Shown in pieces: positions 11,671-23,544 of a stretch of 64,000 nucleotides of DNA (the stretch's first letter is position 1; the number at the start of each line of letters is the position of its first letter). The position numbers and the translations under genes are program-made. Under the pieces are notes generated by a model. It was not told where the DNA came from. It did not search any database and was given only the letters and a program-made list of their open reading frames with translations. Source of the DNA: Gekko japonicus (Eukaryota). Location of the stretch: NCBI RefSeq assembly GCF_001447785.1, contig NW_015162009.1, positions 62,001 to 126,000 on the forward strand, in the 5' to 3' direction.

Positions 11671-11875
11671 TCATAGAATCATAGGATGTTAGAGTTGGAA
11701 GGGACCTTGCAGGTCATCTAGTCCAACCCCCTGCACTCTGCAGGAGCATAGCCAAAAGATAGCCCTACAACATACCCAAAAGATGGTCATCCAGCCTCCG
11801 CTTGAAAACGTCCAGCGAAGGAGCATCTACCACCTCCCAAGGCTGTCTGTTCCACTGCTCAACCACTCTTACCTC
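11671..11875 (-). mobile_element. CR1 LINE 3' end
   Basis: TCATAGAATCATAG tail then GAGTTGGAAGGGACC...CATCTAGTCCAACCCCC, the canonical CR1 3' terminus. Confidence 0.85.
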
Positions 11876-12119
11876 TTGAATAATTCAGTTTTGCACAGTT
11901 TTTGGAAAGTCAAGAGGGTAGGAAACCTCCCGACCTCCTTGGGCAGGCCATTCAATATGATGGGGGCCACAATGGAGAAAGCACATGTACGGGCAGTTGT
12001 TGAATTTGTCCATTTCCAGGTTGGCATCTGTCGAAGGCCCTGCTCAGATGAGTAAAGCTGTCATGGAGGAGCAGGGGGAGAGGCAGTCCCACAGACCATA
12101 TACTTCTTGCATATTATCA

Positions 12120-12325
12120 CATGAACACATGAAGCTGCCCTGTACTCAGTCAGACTATTGGTCCATCAAGGTCAGTACTGGCTACTTTGACTAATAACAG
12201 CTCCCCAGAGTCTCAAACTGAGGCCTTTCACATCACCTACTATTGGATCTTTTTAACTGGAGATGCCGGGGAATGAACCTGGGACCTCTGCAGGCCAAGC
12301 AGATGCACTAACAATGAGCAAAAGC
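12120..12325 (-). mobile_element. tRNA-headed SINE with CR1-like tail (possibly Squam2-like)
   Basis: Minus strand has B box GGTTCATTCCC and tail GGACCAATAGTCTGACTGAGTACAGGGCAGCTTCATGTGTTCA; relatives at 40517-40720, 31380-31545, 53373-53440 and 63930-64000. Confidence 0.7.
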
Positions 12326-13071
12326 CAACACTGGAAGTCACTCTTTTTATTAAGCAAAAGAATGCATACCTGTGGCATGTATACACAGGGCCAGCTCCTC
12401 ACCCCAATGGCTGCCTGAGCCAGTACAATGAGAAAGGTGCAGACTTGCCACGGTTTGACTTGCTCTGGGCCACCCACTGCACATGAAGAGGCAATTGGCA
12501 CACTTCCCTTCAGCTGAGTTGGGTCATCTCTATGCCTGTCTCATACACTTAGTTGTCTAGAGCCTGATAACAGGTGTCACTCCTGAGGCAGAACTAGTGC
12601 ATAGGTGGCTCCTGTTAATGGAATCCAGGAGAGGAGGGAAGGGATCACGGCCCACTATGCCCACCCGCAGTGCTTTGTTTTACACACTCGTGCTCTTTCA
12701 TTACATTCTGTTCAATTACACAAGACATTCTGTAAAAAGAAAAAAGGCTTGAGCGCACTGCGCTTTTTAAAGATGGTAATCTGCTAATTCAAGGAATGTC
12801 AGGCGAAGTATACAGCGACGGCGCAGAACCAAGCCTGACGGATCTGACAGAAAACATGAAATATGTGTGCTTTCTATCATAATGATTATTTTTCAGATAA
12901 CACCAGCTGTGCTCCTATTAAACCAAGTGACTGCTTCCCCACATAACACCGAGTACCAGCATTCAATCATGAAAGAAATATAATTCTCCACAGGCTTTCC
13001 CCACATGCTTTAAATCAGCGGCAATCTGTGCATTCATATCCATGCTGAAAACATAGTGGCAACACAGGCGT

Positions 13072-13074
<3 letters not shown>

Positions 13075-13103
<29 letters not shown>
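13075..13103. repeat. (CA)n microsatellite
   Basis: Direct reading. Confidence 0.95.
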
Positions 13104-13106
<3 letters not shown>

Positions 13107-13778
13107 TCCCAGATCTCTACCCCAGCCAGGAAGCCCACTTGTTATCTTTATTGACACAGAGTAGCAACCAGAGTGCATGAGGAAGTGGTTAAAGGGACGT
13201 TTTACATCCACGTTAAGACTGATAAACGGCTCCCCTCTCACTATAAGGCATTTCATTCCACTGCTCTTGAGAGAGTCCTTAGAGCTCCTGCAGGGAGCTC
13301 CCTGATGCCTCCTTGCCTCTTTTAGCTGTCACCGGCACAAAAAACAAACTAACAAGGGGGAAGGCTTTTGCCAACAGACTGGAAGAAACAGTGCCAGCAC
13401 CACAAAGCTCTCTATATACGCTAAGGAAAGCCACACCTGAGTCCCCTGAGGTATTCTAAATATATCAGAGGTTTCCCCACCAGAGCTATTATAGAGACAT
13501 AGGGAAAGTGAAAGAGTTTTCCTCATAATCTACAAAAAAGGAACTTGCTCATTCCCCCAAAGCTTCTTTATTAAAGAGTGTCTGACAGGAATAAGTGCAG
13601 ATGCTCTGGCAGGGCAGGGCATTTGTAATTTGGAAGCTGTAGGTTATCTTCTCCCAGTAGTCCCATGAAGGAAGGTGCTGCACTTCTGCAGCCTCTCCCT
13701 GACTCAGAGCTCTTAAGAAATAGAGAGGATGGAATTCCCAAAGGTAATGTTTTGAGCCCTGGGGACATGGGACACTTG

Positions 13779-14067
13779 GACATTTTCAACAGTGTCAAGT
13801 TTCTCCACACCTTGTGCACTTGTATTCCTCTGCAGCTTTCCCTCGTTTCCGCAGATGTTTTCACAGTCCCAGGCACAAAAACACAGTTTGTTCCCTGTTG
13901 CTCCACAGCAGCAGACTTCCCTGTTTCTGGGAATTCCCATGCTGGGCCACAAGAGGGGGGAACTGCGTTTTCGCTCCTGGGTGGGAGAAATCATCTGCAG
14001 AAATGGGGGAAAGCTGCAGATGAATAGAAGAGCAGGCAGGGGGAAACTTGGCACTGCAGAAAATGTC
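13779..14067. repeat. Old long imperfect inverted repeat (foldback), arms about 120 bp
   Basis: GACATTTTC..AGTGTCAAGTTT..TCTGCAGCTTTCCC..GCAGATG aligns with the reverse complement of CATCTGC..GGGAAAGCTGCAGA..AAACTTGGCACT..GAAAATGTC. Confidence 0.85.
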
Positions 14068-14206
14068 TTGGTCTTCCAGGAACCCAGTTTTCAGGGAAAC
14101 CCCATGATCATACTGTGCAGGTCAAAAAGGCTGAGGGGACACATGTAAACCTGAGATAATCTCCAGCTTTGAAGGAGAAAAAAATAAAAAAAAAACTTTT
14201 AAAAGG

Positions 14207-14376
14207 ATAAGTTATCTATAGATATGAGTAACAAAGGGAGGGATGAGGAACATCTAAGAAACGAGCAGGTGGTTGGAGCACTATGGGAAGCCGAGTGGGG
14301 GGGGGAGGGTAGGATGTATAATATGATGTTTGATTTATGTATGACTTTGTTTATTATATCCTAATAAATTGTTTTC
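14207..14376 (+). mobile_element. Severely 5'-truncated L1-type 3' UTR insertion
   Basis: G-rich tract, AATAAA at 14363, flanking direct repeat AAAAAAAACTTTTAAAAGG ending at 14206 and 14395. Confidence 0.7.
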
Positions 14377-17300
14377 AAAAAAAACTTTTAAAAGGGAGGT
14401 TAAAATCCTCTTAATTATTTTTTTTTTTAAAGGTCCATGCACGCACAGGCATTGTGGTGGGAAAAGTCAATAAAGCGGCATTTTGGGTTTCTACAGCAAC
14501 CCAAAATGGCACCCAACACTGTGTGACCCTCAGTGGGAGATGAAGAAGTATAAGTGAGGAAAGGGGCAAGGGAGAGGCTGTGCAGGGGGCAAAGGCAAAG
14601 GCAAAACAGGAGAGTGAGTGAAAGGGCAGGGGGGAATGAAGCAGTAAAGTCTGAAGGAAGTGGAAAGAAATGTAATGGAAAGAGGAAAAATGGGGGAGGG
14701 GGGAATAGGGCAAGGGCTGGAGAAGCAGAGACCATGTAGGGAGGAGGGCCCCTGAGGGAAAATAAGATTCCACGTATACAGTTAATCCTCATGGGTCACC
14801 TGCATGTCTGGTAATATTCCTGGTCCTCATTCACAGAGGTACATTGGAGTACCTCAGAGAGAACATACTTGGATCAAAGCTTGACACTTTGTCAAGTCCT
14901 GATGTTGCCTTTAATGCCATGCAGGTGATGACAGCACCCCCCTCCCATAGCTCTTATTTCCTTTGGGGGCCATGCTAGCCCAGAAGATCCACACTGAGGT
15001 GCAGAGGCAGCAGAAGCACCTTCTATTCCTATTCCCTTTGTCCTTTTTTTTTTTTTACTGCCCAACATAGATTTCTGTCTTTCCCATAGTTCGTAATCTG
15101 CCAAGAATGGACAGAGTGGTGGGATATAAATATTTTAAACAAGCAGGCTAAGAAACCATTACTTTCATTTTTAAAAAAATAAAAGAACCTCAAGCTTCTG
15201 AGATATAAGATTTGTTTTCTTTTTGAAAAATAATAATAATCAAAAATTATGTGCTCCAGGGCAGTTGACATTCCTAGAGGTCTAATTTATCTAGATCACA
15301 AGCAGCCTGTACTTGACTCGGTGGCCTTGTTGAAATGACCAGTACATAAACACAAATGGAAAGAAAACTCGCCTTTTCTTTGACTATAGGCTCTGCCAGC
15401 TAAATATGGAGATATTTCAGAAACAAAAATTGCAAGCCTTTGGAATTTGCACAGCTTTCACCTCAAATGTTGGGGCAGAACTGCATACAGTTATTAGAAA
15501 GGAACCAGATCTGTTGCATATGGTACATCAGTAGGATGGGAGAATTCCGGTTGTGGCTGACCCTTGTGTTAAGCACCTGATATGTTTACAGACAGAAAGC
15601 TCAGACAGTTCAGTGGGTAAATAAGATCACCTCTGTACTAGCAACAGAGGATTTCACTTTCAGTATTTGCTGAAGGCTTCTATGGTGCTGTTACTGAATT
15701 GCTTGGGGGTGTCCTTTCTACTCACAACCCTGAGAACACTTTGCTCCTTGGTCTTATTTACACTACAGGATTTTATTTATTTCTTTACTTAGGAATTTCT
15801 GAAGGTGTTCTTGAGGCACCTTACAAGTAAAAATGTCATTAAAATCATCATAAATTATCAATATGACAACAGAACAAGCCATTGAAAGCAAATTGGGAAC
15901 ATAAAAACTGCATAAGAATATCCATAAAACAGACATCAGACTAGAGAAGCAGATCATAAAACAAACAGCAAGATAAAACCCCTTAGTTAGATGCCTGGGT
16001 AAAAAAAAACCCCTACTTTTCTTTTAGGCTTGGCACCAGAAAGACAGTAAGGGAGATGCCAGGAAAGCCTCAAGTGGGAGGACATTTCAACACCAAGGAT
16101 ATGAATGATTAGATAATATGCTGGACATCTCACTCTCTCTTCAATACCCTTTCACTTTCCTTCCAACCAAACACCATAATTCACAAACCACATAGCCAAA
16201 CCAACATCTCTGGTGGGGAGGGGATTGAAACCACTCATATGACCCAATTATAGCCCTGTTGTCAAGTCAAGGTTACTCTTTTTCATTACATGGGCTTGTA
16301 TTTCCTCTCAGCAAATGATTTAGATGGCTCATCAGTCGGAATGCCCGTGATAGCTATGTCAAAGGTCAGGTCCTTGCTGCCTCAATGAACCTGGTAAAAG
16401 AAATGTGTCAGTGATCTTTTTTACCATACAGAATATTACCTCCAAGTTCTTGAAAGAAATTAGCCTGATAGTCCCCCCCTTCAGGTCCGAATCCTAAGCT
16501 ATGCTCCTCCCCCCGCTTCACTAACTAACCTCTACATGCACACTCAGACTGGTTTTCTTGCCAAAGGCCAGATTAGGTGTTTGAAAGTGCACTGCACTAA
16601 ACAATTTTATTTCACTAAGCCACAACGCTGGACCTTCACTGTGGGCCAGTTCACACAGCACCACTCACAGGCAGACACACTCGGAAGGAAGATACAGAAT
16701 GAATCCCTATCTGAGCTAGCTGTGTGATAAAGTGATTGTGTGATGGCACCATCACTCCTTCAGCTCACCTCTCAACACACGCGGTGGCACGGGAATGTTT
16801 CAGCTCATCTTATCACTCCGACACAGTGATGGAGTCGTCACACACTTATTTTGCCACACTGCTGGGCTGAATAAAGAGTAAGAATAAATATAAGCCATAC
16901 ACATCTGGCCACATGTAGAGGGTCATGCAAATCAACTCTGAGCCATATTGGATTCGATGACATCAGGACACAAGAGAAATCTTCACTGGTAGCAGCAGAC
17001 AGATGCTTAGCAACCCTTACTCAAAGTTCGTAAAAAGCAGATCAGTTGTAAATAGATTTGTACCTGCTTAACGGCAGACCATGAATCTAAACTGGAAACA
17101 AAAGTATATTTCTGGCAACCCTCCTTAGGGTTGGCACATCATATTCTAATTTATATTATATTCTAATTATACTATATTAATCTGGGTCTGTGAGGACTGC
17201 TGCTCTCAGTCTAGAAGGCGGCAATCTGAATTCTAAAACAGTTGCACAGGCTGGAGAGTGTTAGAGCAAGTACAGGCATGAAGGAAGATATCTGTGGGAA

Positions 17301-17529
17301 AACAGACAACTTAAAGATTATTATGAACTGAGGTCCCTGGCTCCCTCCTAAATCCAACTGGTGCCATGAATGAATTGATTAAAAAACAAGAACAAGAGTG
17401 AGAGCTCTTGGAGAATCACAGGAAACTCATTGCTGGTCTGTTCTCCCAGCTTCCTCATACCCTTGCTTTATGCTAAATTGGCTAGTTGCTGAATAAAGTT
17501 ATTTACATGCAGGCATACTGCCTTAATAA

Positions 17530-17879
17530 AGGTAAAGGTTCCCTTGCTCGAAAGCCAGTCGAATCCGACTCTAGGGTTGCGGTGCTCATCTCTGTTTCAA
17601 AGCCGAAGAGCCAGCTCTGTCCGAAGACTTTTCCGTGGTCATGTGGCCAGCATGACTAAACACCAAGGTGCACGGAACATTGTTACCTTCCCACTGAAGT
17701 GGTGCCTATTTATCTACTTGCAATTTCTTGCTTTCAAACTGCTAGGTTGGCAGGAGCTGGAACTAGAGACGGGAGCTCACTCCATCATGCGGCACACTCG
17801 GGTCTCGAACTGCTGAACTACCGACCTTCCACAGCCTGCAGTTCAGCGTCTTAACCACTTGAGCCACCACAGCTCCTCC
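17530..17879 (-). mobile_element. Sauria SINE, full length
   Basis: AGGTAAAGG tail and the same core as the 10651 copy; 13-bp TSD ACTGCCTTAATAA (17517-17529, 17880-17892). Confidence 0.9.
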
Positions 17880-18094
17880 ACTGCCTTAATAATACTGCCT
17901 AAATACTGCCATAATAATCTGGTCCTATATCTGTGGTTTCATGACTAGGTTGTTCCAACTGGCTGAAGGATGGATTCCCCAGAACTCAACCACTTACATT
18001 AACTCACTCCCTGAAGCCTGTTCTTCCAGCCATGTCTCTCTTCCAGTGCCAAGACAGAAGGTTTCCCCTGGGACCTTGGTTCAGTATGGTTCAC

Positions 18095-18300
18095 CAATGT
18101 TCCCTCTAAGCTGTGGAGTCCTGTGAGCAAAAATTCTACTTTGTGAGCTACCGGCATTAAAGTTGTGAGCAGGTGATTTGGCTACTGCATAAATTAGTGT
18201 GTTCTGGAGCCATCCTTCCTGAGCTGAGACAAAAATGTGTGAGCCGGAGGCTAAAAAACTGTGAGCTAGCTCACACTAACTCAGCTTAGAGGGAACACTG
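18095..18300 (+). mobile_element. 206-bp hAT MITE (CAGTGTTCCCTCTAAG TIR), copy 1
   Basis: TIRs CAATGTTCCCTCTAAGCTG / CAGCTTAGAGGGAACACTG; homologous to the 30797 and 39423 copies; TSD only partly preserved. Confidence 0.88.
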
Positions 18301-19392
18301 GTTCAGACAACTAAGCAGAAATATGTTTGAGGTGGTTATTGGTTCTGGTCCCCCCCCCCCATTGGTTGGAAATATGCTTCGTAGCAAGGCAACCTTTTCT
18401 GTTTTAAAAGAACAATGGGGACTACAGAAGATCTGATGGCATTATTGATTCGCAGAAACATTAGCTATGGGCCAAGCAGAGTGGACGGTGAGCCCCACAG
18501 GTCTGATGGCTGCATGAACAGTAGGGGCAGGGTCAAGGCTAAGAGCATAGCCTTGGGAGAGGTGACACAGATTCCTTTCCCTAATTGTCATTTTTCATAG
18601 ATCCCTACAATACAGTGCTAAGATACCATGGAAAACTGGTAGTCAGTTTCCTACATAACTGCTCACGGAATAATCCCGCAGCAGCCTTCCAGTCTTCTGC
18701 CCAATTAGCACAGAGGAACTGCGAGAAATGGCATGTACATGGTGTAATGATATTAGCATTAAAAAGGAAACATCTTTAAGTGAATGTATTAGTGGACTTC
18801 GTTTAGGCTGTAATTAAATCATACCTATTGGAGGGACTGCCTCTCCCGGTATGAACTCATGCACCAATTAAGCCTTCCAGGCATCCTTTCCTGACCATTT
18901 CCTTCCATCTTTTCCTTAGTGGGGTCCCAGCTGTGAAACTGCCTGCCTTTGGACAGGTGTAAGGCTTCCCCCCATGTAAGCTTTTTATACAGCCTGTAAT
19001 GCAGTTTTTAGCAGCCATTTGGTGGCTAGTGTGTTCTGGAAGAGCTGCGTGTTTTTACTTCTTAAAAAGGACGGATATAGATTTCAAAATTGAAAAAAAA
19101 GAAAATACATTTTCAGAATCATACAATTTTTGACTATAGCCCTCACAGAGGCAGCATGGATCCCTGCAAAGGGTGGTTATCAGTGGTAATGAGATGGGTG
19201 GTAATAAGAGATACCATTTTCACTTTTGGTCTACCTTGCCAAAAGCAAAAGGCTGTAACAGTACAATATTTCCTTGAGTCCTGTCTTGGTCACGTGAGGC
19301 CCTTTAGGGTGGGAATAATGTCCATTAAGAATGTGCTGAAGTTACACAGGAGAGGCAGTATGACAACATGAAGCATGGAACTGTAGTGGGAC

Positions 19393-19396
<4 letters not shown>

Positions 19397-19437
<41 letters not shown>
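19397..19437. repeat. (GA)n microsatellite
   Basis: Direct reading. Confidence 0.95.
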
Positions 19438-19441
<4 letters not shown>

Positions 19442-19625
19442 GTAGCTGGAGAAAGCAAGTAGTAAAATAAGGCAGGTAAAAATTAGATGGACCACATTCT
19501 GCAGGACCATGGAGAGCTCCAAGACAGACAACAGGCTTCCAGAGTCAAACTAAGCCTTTAAAAAAATATATTGGTAGAGCCACCAGTGTCTCTAGGTCCT
19601 GCACCTTCCTGATGAGATGTTAGAT

Positions 19626-20166
19626 CAGGGGTGTCGAACTCATTTGTTATGAGGGCCAGATCTGACATAAATGAGACCTTGTTGGGCCGGGCCATGTGTG
19701 TCATAAAATATAATGCCAGGTAGCAGAAATATAAACTTTATAAAGGACACAAACACAAAGATTTTTTTTTACTTAAAATAAAAACATGCTTAAAACATTA
19801 GCACTCTTGTAATATTTTGTTTATTTTATGGTATCTGATAACTGACACCTCTTGTTCTGAATTATTGCATCAAAACGTCTGTGCTGTTGCAATCTTGAGT
19901 ATGCTGTTCAAGTGTGTATCTGTAAGCTGCAAACCTACTTTTGATTTATTGACATTCACCACAGAAATCTCATGCTCAGAGTGCTGAGTCTAGAACCCAG
20001 GTTAAAACATTAAATGGCTGAGTGAGTGAGAGAGTCTAGTGAAGCAAGCTATGATGCAGCAGCAGCAGCAGAACTGGAAGCAGGAGATGGCCAGTTCCAC
20101 TGCAGGCCTGATAGAAGCCCTCGGGGGGCCTGATCCAGCCCCTGGGCCACATGTTTGACATCCCTG
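19626..20166. mobile_element. Non-autonomous hAT-Charlie-like element
   Basis: TIRs CAGGGGTGTCGAAC / GTTTGACATCCCTG; flanks TGTTAGAT / TGTTAATC (degraded 8-bp TSD). Confidence 0.8.
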
Positions 20167-20647
20167 TGTTAATCCTTAAAGAGGTAAGGCTCTGGCCTGA
20201 AGTGCCGGCAGTCTGTAGTCTCCTAGCAGGAAGTTTCATGTCTCATGAAAAGCGGGCCCTATGAAGCTGCAAGGATGGTTCCTCTGTGAGCTCAGAGGAT
20301 CTGGGCTGCTGGACTTTGAACCTGTGTCTAATGTTTGCTTCCCCTCACCCCACCACAGGCTGGACTGAAGAAGTACCAGGTATGTGTGTGACTTCTGTTT
20401 CTGCCTCTTCCAGGTCAATATCTAGGTATGTATCTGGATCCAAAAGCAATATCACCTCTCTTCTGAATTGGGGTCCAGTTTGCCAGATGGGGTCATGATG
20501 CTCCAACTAATGTACCCACTGTAACTGGCATGTTGAGAGCTGAGCAGCATACAACAGTTGGCTTGAGAATGGATAGCATTTGTGTTGACGTGACCTAACT
20601 CAGCGGAACCCCTACCGAGGTTCTTTGCATTTGCAGCTTTTAGAAAA

Positions 20648-20919
20648 AGGAGGAGGAGGAGGAGATTGGATTTAGACCCCACCCTTCACTCGGAGTCTCA
20701 GAGCAGCTTACAAACACCTTTCCCTTCCCCTCCCCACAACAGACACCCTGTGAGGTAGGTGGGGCTGAGAGAGCTCTGAGAGAACTGCCCTTAAGAGAAT
20801 AGCTCTGATGGAACTATGGCTTGGTCAAGGTCATCCAGTGGCTGCAAGTGGAGGAGTGGGGAATCAAACCCGGTTTTCCCAGATTAAAGTTCGCGCACTT
20901 AACCACTGCACCAAACTGG
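20648..20919 (-). mobile_element. Squam3-type SINE
   Basis: Homology to other copies; (AGG)n tail. Confidence 0.88.
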
Positions 20920-21115
20920 AAACCTAGTGCCACTTCCCCCCCCCAAAAAAAAAAGTTTTAGCAACTTTCTGCTCAGAAGCTCATTCTTTAAAAAAATAAA
21001 TGAAATGGTCCTCAAGAAGTTGTTGAAAGACACGAGCTTCTAAGCCACAGATCACATTCTTTTGTCTCAGGCCATTATGGCTGTAAATTAGATACTCACA
21101 GCCCTGGCCTCATCT

Positions 21116-21410
21116 CAGCCAGTTTGGTGTAGTGGTTAAGTGCGCGGACTCTAATCTGGGAGAACCGAGTTTGATTCCCCACTCCTCCACTTGCACCTGG
21201 CTGGATGACCTTGGGCAAGCCATAGTTCTGATAAGAGCTGTTCTTGAAAAAGAGCAGTTTCTGTCAAGAGCTCTCTCAGCCCCACTCACCTCACAGGGTG
21301 TCTGTTGTGGGGAGGGGGAGGGAAAGGAGTTTGTGAGCCGCTCTGAGACACCTTTGGGTAGTGAAGGGCGGGGTATAAATCCAATCTCTTCTCTTCTCTT
21401 CTTCTTCATC
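21116..21410 (+). mobile_element. Squam3-type SINE (long variant, young)
   Basis: A/B boxes, retained CpGs, L2-like tail. Confidence 0.9.
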
Positions 21411-23544
21411 TCTTGTCTAGAGAGAGGGATCATCACTCCACAGTTGATTTAAAACTTTCTTTTCCACCTTCATTCAAGTTAAGGGGGGGGGGGCTGACAG
21501 CATGAAGGAACTCCCAGCAGCTGAGATAACAAGCAAAGGACAGCTATTTCTTAGCAGCTGTGAATCAAATCCTGGATGACAAATTAATTGTGCCATTGCT
21601 AGAAAGCAAGCATGCATGCAAAGGGCCCCTTAGATCATGGCTTTCTTGCACCAACTAATATCCCCGGGGAGGTCAAAGTGGTCTTTGTTATTCATTATGG
21701 TTTGTTCCTTTATTAATGTTCACACTCTTGGGGATTTCTAACAACATGCCTCTTTTCACGACTGCTACCCTTATTCCCTTCTTGAAAACAAATACCAGCA
21801 GGAAACTGCCAATGGGATGTACTTGCAAGCATCAGTTAAGCAGATGGGTCTGGGCTCCTATGGGATGCTCTGAAATGTAAATATTTCGATTTATACACCA
21901 AAACAGGTGCTCGGCTTCCTTTTTTTTGAAAAAAGAAAAGTTTGTTGTTTCTTTAATTATTTTATACCTTCTCACGGGCTGGCTGAGAATACCTCGTTTA
22001 AACAGCTCTAGTAACGGAAATAGTATTATGCAGTATGTTGGGCTATGGGATTTGAACTCACTTGGCACTTTAAGATATCTTAATAAACGGCTTAATGATA
22101 ATGTTTTGTGACTCCTTCCACCCACCGCTAATAGTTTCACCTTAGAGCTGCTTGGCGTGTTTAGCAGGATTAGTGGCAGAGGAGGCATGTGTGCGTCCCA
22201 CTTGCTCTGCCCCGATTTCCAAGCCCTGCACAAAAGGGGGAAATGGCATAGATCTTCCCCCGGGTGCTTTCTGTTCTGCAGTGTGAGACTTCCTCATCTC
22301 TCCAGACATGACCTGAAAGTGCCGGGAGAAGAAACACAACACAGTCAAGTTTGCCCATTTGCCACTTCCACACAGTGGCCCTTGCTGTGTGTGTTTAGAC
22401 GTAACCGCCACCGTTTTTTAAAAATCTGATCCTTTCTGCGTCCACTCAGCTGTCTGAGCTTAACACTGTGAGCTGCCCTGTCAGAAGATATTGAAAGAAT
22501 CCAAATCAAAGCAGCTTTCTGTGTTTCTTGGCAGCAGTCCTAACAGATTGGGAGTGCAATAGATCATGTTTTGGACGGCCCCCTCGCTTTCCCTCTAAAC
22601 ATCCTCAACACAGGAATGATTCTGCTACGAATACTTCAGCTTTGTGACAAGCCCCTGAAATACATTTGAGAGATTTCAATTTTCCCTCTATCATCTCTCC
22701 CCAACACAAGTCAAACAGTTCTGGTGGTCCGTGCAGGCCTTTCCTGCAATTTTAATGCTGCCTGTGCCAGCTCCAATAGCCCCCCCCTTCTCCAATGAAA
22801 CAGTAAAACAATAGCTGTGATTTGCAACATAGAAGGGTGTAGCAATTTCAGTTCTCCAAGCCTTCTGAGACAGCAAATGAATCCAGACCCTGGGAAGATT
22901 TATATGAAGGGGCGGGCGGAGAGAAACACTTTCCGTACTTCCAACTGTTTGGGGATAATTGGAAATGCGACATGCATGCTTTTAGCAAGCCATTTTTTAT
23001 GACACACTGCATCGCTATGTATTATTGCACAGCATAAAAAGTGTGACATAATTTGACGTGACAGCTCAGATTTACAGGACAACGGTCCCTATTCCACTTG
23101 CAAACTGGATCGCTACAAAAAAAGAGGCCAACGAAAGCTGGCCAGCAGGAACACAGCAGACGGGAAAATGTCTGCTGTCTGCCAACTTTAAATTGCTGTT
23201 GAGTAATTTAGCCTATCTCTAGAATAATCCTTTAAAAGAGTAATTAATCATCATTTAGAGAGGGTCTTCAGTGAAGTGTGTTTACTGTCTTTTATTCATG
23301 CCTGGCAGGTTTTAACAAACCACGGACACCTCTGCATCCCTCTGCCCTTTGTTGTCATAATTCCCATAAAGTAGTAGGATTTCCAGAACAGAAGTTAAAA
23401 AGGTGGTGGTGGGGGGACTATATCCCTTACTGTAATATATGAGCACTTCTTTGTCACTGTAGTGAATGGGATGACCATCCACGGCTTCCCTGTCCTGGAG
23501 TTTGAATGTCAACAATGAAGTGCTGGTAGCCATTACCTCTGGTT

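Noticed and set aside
21116-21190. tRNA gene
   Set aside because: A and B boxes are present, but it is the head of a SINE with no complete cloverleaf
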